5,735 nucleotides of DNA from Paecilomyces variotii. Taxonomy: Eukaryota. Shown here in pieces: positions 1 through 5,735 of this stretch; the first letter of the stretch is position 1, and every line of letters begins with the position of its first letter. The stretch lies in assembly GCA_004022145.1 (NCBI GenBank), contig RCNU01000068.1; one strand, given 5' to 3'. Made by a program: the position numbers and the translations under genes. The notes beneath the pieces were generated by a model. That model was not told the origin of the DNA. It ran no database searches and saw nothing but the letters and a program-made list of their open reading frames with translations.

Positions 1-700
1 ATTTAAAGAGTATACTTTATGCTTAAGTATTATTATATATTAAAGATAAAACTTTTATTCTTAGTAATTACTAAGAGATTTTAAATATTTTAAAATATAT
101 ATTTAATAACTTTAATTATATAAATAATATATATAATAAATTATTTAATCTCTATTAAACTAATAAGAAATTTAAAATCTTTTTTATTAAGTTTTAGCGC
201 CTAGTATTAAAAGGAAAAATATTTAAAGAAATATTATTTATTCTACTTAAATAAGCTATTAGCTAAAAATTCTAGAGAATATTATTATATAGCTAGCCTC
301 TAAATTATAAATATTATTAATTTATTAAGTTCTTATAAGATTTTAAAAACTATTATTATTAATATATTATAAACTAATTTCTTATTATAAAGACTTATAT
401 TATTATTTTAAGATTCGCTTAATATACTTAATTTTCTTTATTTATTTTAAGTTTAGCCTTAGCTATAAGATATAATAATTAGCCTTAGAGAAATTCTATA
501 TAAAAAAATAAATTAGCCTTAATATAGTTATATAATTTAATAAACTTAAGTATTTTTAAATACTTAAGTAAAAGAAAGTATAGCTTATTATATTATAAAA
601 CTAGTACTTGCTTTTATTATAGCTCTCTAGAATATTATATTAAAAATTATTTATACTTAAATAATTACTAGAAGATTTAAATTATAGCTATATATAAATC
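1..700 (+). pseudogene. gag: gag relic (C-terminal part) with CCHC zinc knuckle at 609-650
   Basis: Frame +3 from 609 reads tgc ttt tat tat agc tct cta gaa tat tat att aaa aat tat = C-F-Y-[C]-[G]-S-L-E-[H]-Y-I-K-N-[C]. This is exact CX2CX4HX4C spacing if tat derives from tgt/cat. The gag boundaries are approximate. Confidence 0.8.
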
Positions 701-929
701 TTATCTCTAGACTTTTTAAGTAATTTAATTCCTAGACTTATATAATTTATCTTTTAGCTAGTCTTTAATAAAAGAAGTAAGCTTAAAATAAGTTATAGCT
801 AGGCTTAAGAATTATATATTATTTAAATCTTTACCGCTATTATTTATAGAATTAACCTTAAGAAATACTTATAATAATTAAAATTAATAATACTGCTTAT
901 AATATTAGAAAAGAAGAAAAAAAGATTTA

Positions 930-1260
930 TTTATTAATTTATACTCTGCTTAATATTAAAGCTAAAAGATAAAGATTTATAGACTAAAAATAGGCTAAAG
1001 ATTAGAAATTAAAGCTTATCTCCTTAAAGAGCTTAATTATTCTATATATATTTAATAGAAGAGAATTAGAGAATAAAAAGATTATATATTATATTTAAAT
1101 AAATATAAGAATTAAAAATTATTTTAAGAAAGATATTAAGTTTTATATTATTTAATTAGTATATTATTCTATTATTTTAAAATTCCTCTAGCTAAAATAC
1201 TATAACTTATATTTATAATTTATTATTTATAATATTACTTTTAATAATAATTATTATTAA
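930..1260 (+). pseudogene. pol: Retropepsin-like aspartic protease relic of pol
   Basis: In frame +1, ctg ctt aat att aaa gct (946-963) de-RIPs to LLDTGA and is followed by F-I-D. At 1171-1194, att att tta aaa ttc ctc tag cta de-RIPs to IILGFPWL, followed by a KHHNP-like motif. Confidence 0.85.
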
Positions 1261-1502
1261 AAGAATTATAATATATTTTTAAAGCTAATTAAAATATCTA
1301 CCTTATATAATATTTTTTAAAGGCTTTACTTTAATATTTACCCTTAAGACTTAAAAGATTAAAAAAGAGAAATATAGCCTTTATTTCTTTAATTATCTAT
1401 TCTATCTATACTTAAAAAAATACTTAAATATTTATAATTATCTTAAAGGACTTAGATATTACTTTAAAAATTAAATAAGTTTAAGAAAAAAACTTTACTT
1501 AC

Positions 1503-1799
1503 TTATTACTTAAGGAATTTAAAGATTATATTAATATCTTTTCTCTTAAAAAAGCTAAATATTTACTATTATATTATTTTTATAATTATAATATTAAGCT
1601 ATTAGAAGAGAAGTTACTCCTCTTTAAATCTTTATATATTATATCTTAAGATAAATTAAAGGTTTTAAAGAAATAAATTTAAAAAAACTTAAAAAAGGGA
1701 TTTATTTACTTAAGCTTATTATCTACTATATCTTTAATTCTATTTATTAAGAAGCCTAGTAGAGAGATATAAATCTATATAAATTACTAAGCTTTAAAT
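1503..1799 (+). pseudogene. pol: Pre-RT region and N-terminal part of reverse transcriptase, cut by an insertion after 1799
   Basis: Frame +3 de-RIPs to EFKDYADVFS...LPPHRPYDHDI.L...PLY.MS..EL..LK.W...NL.KGFIRPSSS..ASPILFVKKPGGG.RICVDYRALN. The segment ends at gct tta aat (1791-1799). Confidence 0.92.
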
Positions 1800-1835
1800 C
1801 TAAGTAAATATTATAAAACTTAAGCGCGAAGCGCA

Positions 1836-1885
1836 TTAAGCTAATTAAATTCTCTTAAGTTTCTTAAGCTAATTAAATTCTCTTA
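1836..1885 (+). repeat. Perfect 22-bp direct repeat with a 28-bp period
   Basis: ttaagctaattaaattctctta occurs at 1836-1857 and at 1864-1885. Confidence 0.9.
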
Positions 1886-1965
1886 GATAAGCTCTATATT
1901 AATATAATATAACTAACTATATAAAAGCTTATAGAGATTTAAAGCCTTTTATTAGCTAAGAGTTA

Positions 1966-2492
1966 ATACTAAGTTAATATAGTTATATATAATAACTATC
2001 TATAAGAATATTAAAACTTTTTAAACCTATTAACTTTTAAGTACTTTAATTAACTTAAGGTTTATATTAAGCTAATATAGTTATATATACTTACTACAGG
2101 TACGAATATTAAAATATCTTAAATTTACTAACCTTTAGCTTCTCTTATTATTTAAATATAAATACTAAGCTAATATAATTATATATAATAATTATATATA
2201 TTGTTATAAAATAGTAGTTAGGACTAGCAGTTTCTAGTATAATAAAGATTTTACTTTAAGAAAGTCTTTAGCAATAATTTTACTTTAATAAAATTAGGCG
2301 GCTTAGAGAAACTACTTCTTAAGCTCTGTATAAAAATCTATTGCCCTAACTAAGAAAATATAGACATATACTTTATATCTACTGCGTGCGCTAATACTCT
2401 TTCTCCTAGAGTATTATTAGCCCTCTGAGATAGTTAAATAGTCTAGGAATTCTATCTGAACCTATTCTTTTTAACTTATATAAATATTAAAA
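1966..2492 (+). repeat. Degenerate tandem repeat with a 98-bp period; two full units and a partial third unit split by the solo LTR
   Basis: The head ata(c/t)taag(t/c)taatata(g/a)ttatatata starts at 1966, 2064 and 2162. It is followed 14 nt later by (g/a)aatattaaaa at 2006, 2104 and, after removing 2202-2481, at 2482. Confidence 0.85.
2202..2476. mobile_element. Putative solo LTR (275 bp) with a 5-bp TSD TATAT
   Basis: It begins TGTTA (2202) and ends TAACT (2472-2476; TAACA would be the perfect inverted end). TATAT flanks it at 2197-2201 and 2477-2481, and excision restores the 98-bp repeat register exactly. It retains many TG/CA/CG dinucleotides, unlike its flanks. Confidence 0.75.
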
Positions 2493-2838
2493 TTCTAAAG
2501 CTTAAAGTAAATACTAAGGTATATAATATTAAAATTATAGGTATTATATAAGTCTTAAGGCTAATTGCTTTAAAGTATAGAATAAAGAGATTCTTTTAAT
2601 TATATAACTACTTAATTTACTTATAGAATTTAAGTTTAAAGCCTTTAAAGGCTCTAAACCTAAATAGTTTTATATTTAATACCTTTAAATTCTCTATTTA
2701 AAACTAAGTATAAAGCTCTTATATATTAATTTAAATTTAAAATAAAAGGTAAGTAATAGCTTTAAGTCTATATTAATTAGCTAACTATAAAATCTATAAG
2801 TAAGTTTAAGATATATATAGCGTAGCCTTAAGGCTTAT

Positions 2839-3290
2839 ATAATAACTATTAAAGACTAATATCTTTTACCTTTAATTAAGAAAACTTTAAATAACTTAAA
2901 GAGAATAAAGTATTTTATAAAGATTAATATTATTTCTATATTTAATAACCTTTATATTAAAAAAGAATAAAAATACTTAACTGCTTTCTATATTTAACTT
3001 AGCCTATTTAAATTATTAATAATATTATTTAGCTTAATAAAAGTATTAGTAATATTTTAATAGTTTATTAATAATACTTTATAAGATTATTTTAATATTT
3101 TTTATATTATATACTTTAATAATATTTTAATATATAATATAACTTATTTTAAATATATTTAATATATTTATACTATCTTATAGAAGCTATATAAAGTAAG
3201 CTTATATATAAAGATTTAGAAATATAAGTTTATTATTTCTAAGACTAAATTTTTAAATATTATTATTAGCTAAGACTATATTAAGATAAA
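2839..3290 (+). pseudogene. pol: Reverse transcriptase core relic
   Basis: Frame +1 de-RIPs to ITIKDRYPLPLI.ETL..L....YFTKIDI.SAFNNLRI..G.EYLTAFRT..GLFE.LVMPFGLT.APATFQ.FIN.TL...LD.FC.AYLDDILIYS. The catalytic YxDD now reads tac ttt aat aat at 3112-3123. Confidence 0.95.
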
Positions 3291-3543
3291 CTTAAATAAG
3301 GTAAAAATAATTATTAAATAAAAAACCCTAACTTATATAATTAATATATAAGTCTTTATTAAGTTTAATAACTTTTATTATTAGTTTATTTATAACTTTT
3401 TTAAGATAATTATACTGCTTATAAATTTAATTTAAAAGGAAATTCTCTTTAATTAAATATTTATCTATTAGTTTAATTTTAAAGCCTTAAAAAAAGTATT
3501 TATTTAAGCCTTAATCTTAAAGCTATTTAATTAGACTTATAAG

Positions 3544-3915
3544 ATTATAGTTAAAACTAACTTATTTAACTATATATTAACTAGAGTTATATCTTAATAT
3601 AATAATAAAGGAATTCTATATTTTATTATATTTTTCTTAAAAAAGCTTTTTATTATAAAGTATAATTATAAGATTTATAATAAAGAATTATTAGTAATTA
3701 TTTACTATTTTAAAGAGTAATACCTTAAGTTTAAAAATATACTATTATTAATTAAAGTTATTATAGACTATTATAATTTAAAATATTTTATATTAATTAA
3801 GCTATTAAACTAGTAATAAGCTTATTAGTCTAAGTTTTTATTTTAATTTAACTTTTAAATTATATATTATTCTAGAAAATAAAGAATAAAGCTTAATACC
3901 TTAACTAAGAGATTA
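3544..3915 (+). pseudogene. pol: RNase H relic (Ty3/Gypsy type)
   Basis: Frame +1 de-RIPs to VETDSSDY (3550-3573)...GV.SQ.....LHPVAFFSKKL...E.NYEIYDKELLAII.CFEEW...TDH.NLEYF...RPGK...KPDALTKR. Confidence 0.92.
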
Positions 3916-4140
3916 AAAAATCTCTTTAAGGAGAAGAATAAATAGCTATAATATTAAAGCTAAATAATTTTAAAGAAAAAGAACTTTAATCTATAGATTT
4001 AAAGATTCTTAAAATTAAAAGCTATTATTAAGAGTTAAATAATAAGATATATTTACTTTATTAATCTAATAGCTTAAGAGATTAAAAATCTTATTAAACC
4101 TATAGAAATACTTACTTAATTTATTTTAAGAAGTTAATTT

Positions 4141-4275
4141 ATTTAGCTTAAAGAATTTATTTAGTTTACTCTGCTACTTAATTAGTTTATTAAGATTATT
4201 TAACTTATTAAAGAGATAATTTAGTTTATTAAAGAAACTATTTAGCTTATTAAAGAAGTAGCCTTACTTATTAAA
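4141..4275 (+). repeat. In-frame 18-21-bp minisatellite in the RNase H-integrase linker
   Basis: Three 21-bp units: atttaacttattaaagagata (4198), atttagtttattaaagaaact (4219) and atttagcttattaaagaagta (4240). Degenerate copies start at 4141, 4159, 4180 and 4261. Confidence 0.8.
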
Positions 4276-4458
4276 TAAAACTAGCTAAACTTCTTTACTA
4301 TACTTAATAAATTAAAATACTTATTTAATATTAAAAACCTATTAAATATAGCTTACTTATTTAATAACTTAATATAGTCTATTTTATAAGCCTTAAATTA
4401 TAAAGCTAATTATTACTCTAAGATTATATTAGCTAATTATTAATAAAGAGAAAGATAT

Positions 4459-5545
4459 TTATATTATAGAGATTATTTATATATTCTTAACTATAATAAG
4501 CTAAAAGCCTATTTGTTATAAGAATATTATAATAAGTATATACTTAAATATTTTAAAAAAATATAAGCTTTATAACTTAATTTTATAAGAGTATTATTAG
4601 CTAAATATATATTAATATATAAATTATTAAACCTAGAATTACTATATTTATTACTATATTATACTCTTAAATAAATGCTATTAAGAAATCTTATATTAGC
4701 TCTTTATCTCTAAATACTTTTAGTAAAATATCTTAATAGATTTTATTATTAAACTTATATTTTACTAAGATTATAATACTATATTAATTACTATAAACTA
4801 ATTTATAAAGATAAAATACTTTATTCTCTATTAAGCTATTTATAATATTAAAAAAGTAATATAATTATATATTTACTATATATAAAAGCTTTATAAGCTA
4901 TTAAAAATTATAATATTTAATTAAAGTCTTTAATTTATTATTACTTTTTTAAAATACTTAACTTAATATTTTAATATTATAAACTTATTATTTACTATTT
5001 ATTATCTTAAGATTAATAATTAAATTAAAAAGATAAATATTATCTTAGAATAATACTTATATACTTATATTAACTATTTATAAAATAATTAGATTAATTA
5101 GCTATTTCTAGCTAAGTTTATATTAAATTCTTATTATTTTAAGATTATTAAAGTATTACTTTTTTTTACTAATTATAAGTTTTATCTATATATAAGATTT
5201 AAGCTTATTTAGCCTATAAACTAGCTTATTATTAGAGATATTAAAGCCTTTATTAAAAAAATATAAGATATTATAAATTATATTTATACTTAAATTTATA
5301 TTACTTAAACTTATTATAAAGAGTAAATTAATTACTATTAAACCTTAGCTTATTACTATTATATAAGATAGTCTATTTAATTAAATATTTAAAATATCTA
5401 TATTTAGTATTTTTAAAAGAAATTTAATTAAAAGAATTTTAGCCTATTTTATATTATTAAGGTTATTAGCTTATATATTTATTAGCTTAATTTACTTATC
5501 TTAATATATATTTATCTTATATTTAATATTAGCCTACTTTATCTT
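4459..5545 (+). pseudogene. pol: Integrase relic (HHCC zinc finger, DD35E core, GPF motif)
   Basis: LYY..RLY.P...HD....GHPG lies in frame +1, then the frame shifts to +2 in the A-run near 4555-4561. It continues YYWP, C-x2-C (4640/4649), W..ISMDFI (D 4739), SDRGPQF (D 4919), STAYHP.TDGQTE (E 5027, 36 codons after the second D, i.e. D35E), GPF at 5441 and IHPVF.VSLL. Confidence 0.93.
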
Positions 5546-5611
5546 ATTATTAAAGATCTTATACTTAAATAGAAATAATCTTTACTATTACTTATTAAAG
5601 TTAATAGCCTT

Positions 5612-5735
5612 AAAGAATAAGTTATTAAAGATATTTTAAACTCTTAATAAAAATATTATAAATATAAAGACTTTTAATTATAATATATTATTAAGTAATT
5701 AAATTATAATAATTTAATTAAAAAGCTTATATATA
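5612..5735 (+). pseudogene. Chromodomain relic at the integrase C-terminus, truncated by the window edge
   Basis: After a de-RIPed PPPP-IEVDG segment, frame +2 gives EEW.VEDILDSR......LQY.VKW..YD..T.EP, which matches the chromovirus chromodomain pattern. Confidence 0.82.

Larger units (their letters stand above)
1800..2838. mobile_element. 1039-bp insertion within RT; unclassified non-autonomous element, possibly Helitron-like
   Basis: RT homology stops at 1799 and resumes at 2839, and removal gives an in-frame ALN-[A]ITIKD[R]Y[P]LPLI. There is a 2-bp AT ambiguity at the junctions, hairpins at 1819-1840 and 2824-2835, and no TIRs. The insertion itself is well supported, but its class is uncertain. 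Confidence 0.85.
1..5735 (+). mobile_element. RIP-inactivated Ty3/Gypsy (chromovirus) LTR retrotransposon, internal region, running off both window edges
   Basis: Domain relics occur in the Gypsy order gag-PR-RT-RH-IN-chromodomain. Each is recognisable after reversing C>T/G>A transitions. Many TAA/TAG stops sit at ancestral Gln/Trp/Arg codons, and CA/TG dinucleotides are nearly absent. Confidence 0.96.

Noticed and set aside
1966-2201. CRISPR-like array (conserved head plus variable spacer)
   Set aside because: The units are similar along most of their 98 bp, there are only three, there are no cas genes, and the context is a fungal transposon relic.
2493-2820. Captured host gene fragment inside the insertion
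   Set aside because: I could not recognise any protein motif by eye. This needs a deRIP consensus and a translated search, so it is not claimed.
1800-2838. The insertion as a MITE/Tc1-mariner element, a single solo LTR or a spliceosomal intron
   Set aside because: There are no terminal inverted repeats, no TA or 4-6 bp TSD, no TG...CA ends and no GT...AG boundaries on the + strand.
2977-3057. Short stop-poor stretches as functional ORFs
   Set aside because: They are fragments of the RT frame bounded by RIP-generated stops, and the YxDD motif is destroyed.
1-5735. Organellar, AT-rich endosymbiont or alternative-genetic-code (TAA/TAG reassigned) coding DNA
   Set aside because: Stops fall at ancestral Gln, Trp and Arg positions alike, and catalytic Asp residues have become Asn. 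This pattern is explained by RIP transitions, not by recoding.
1-5735. Abundant short palindromes (ttaa, ctag, agct, tata) and TATA/AATAAA-like motifs as regulatory sites
   Set aside because: They are expected by-products of RIP and extreme AT content and carry no positional evidence.

Overview
This is very AT-rich DNA (roughly 15-20% GC by eye) that almost lacks CpA/TpG and is rich in TpA, the signature of fungal (ascomycete) repeat-induced point mutation (RIP). Reversing C>T and G>A changes by eye shows that the whole window is the internal region of a dead Ty3/Gypsy chromovirus LTR retrotransposon on the + strand. The domain order is gag with a CCHC zinc knuckle, aspartic protease, reverse transcriptase (RT), RNase H, integrase (HHCC, DD35E, GPF) and chromodomain. 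The host element's own LTRs lie outside the window, and I found no intact gene. The RT is split by a 1039-bp insertion (about 1800-2838) whose removal restores the motif DYRALN/AITIKDRYPLP in frame. The insertion has no terminal inverted repeats but carries hairpins near both ends, a 22-bp direct repeat and three 98-bp tandem units, so it may be a non-autonomous Helitron-like element. Its third 98-bp unit is interrupted by a 275-bp solo-LTR-like sequence with a 5-bp TATAT target-site duplication (TSD). The locus is therefore a three-layer nest with decreasing RIP damage inward. All de-RIPed protein sequences are manual inferences, and no searches were run.
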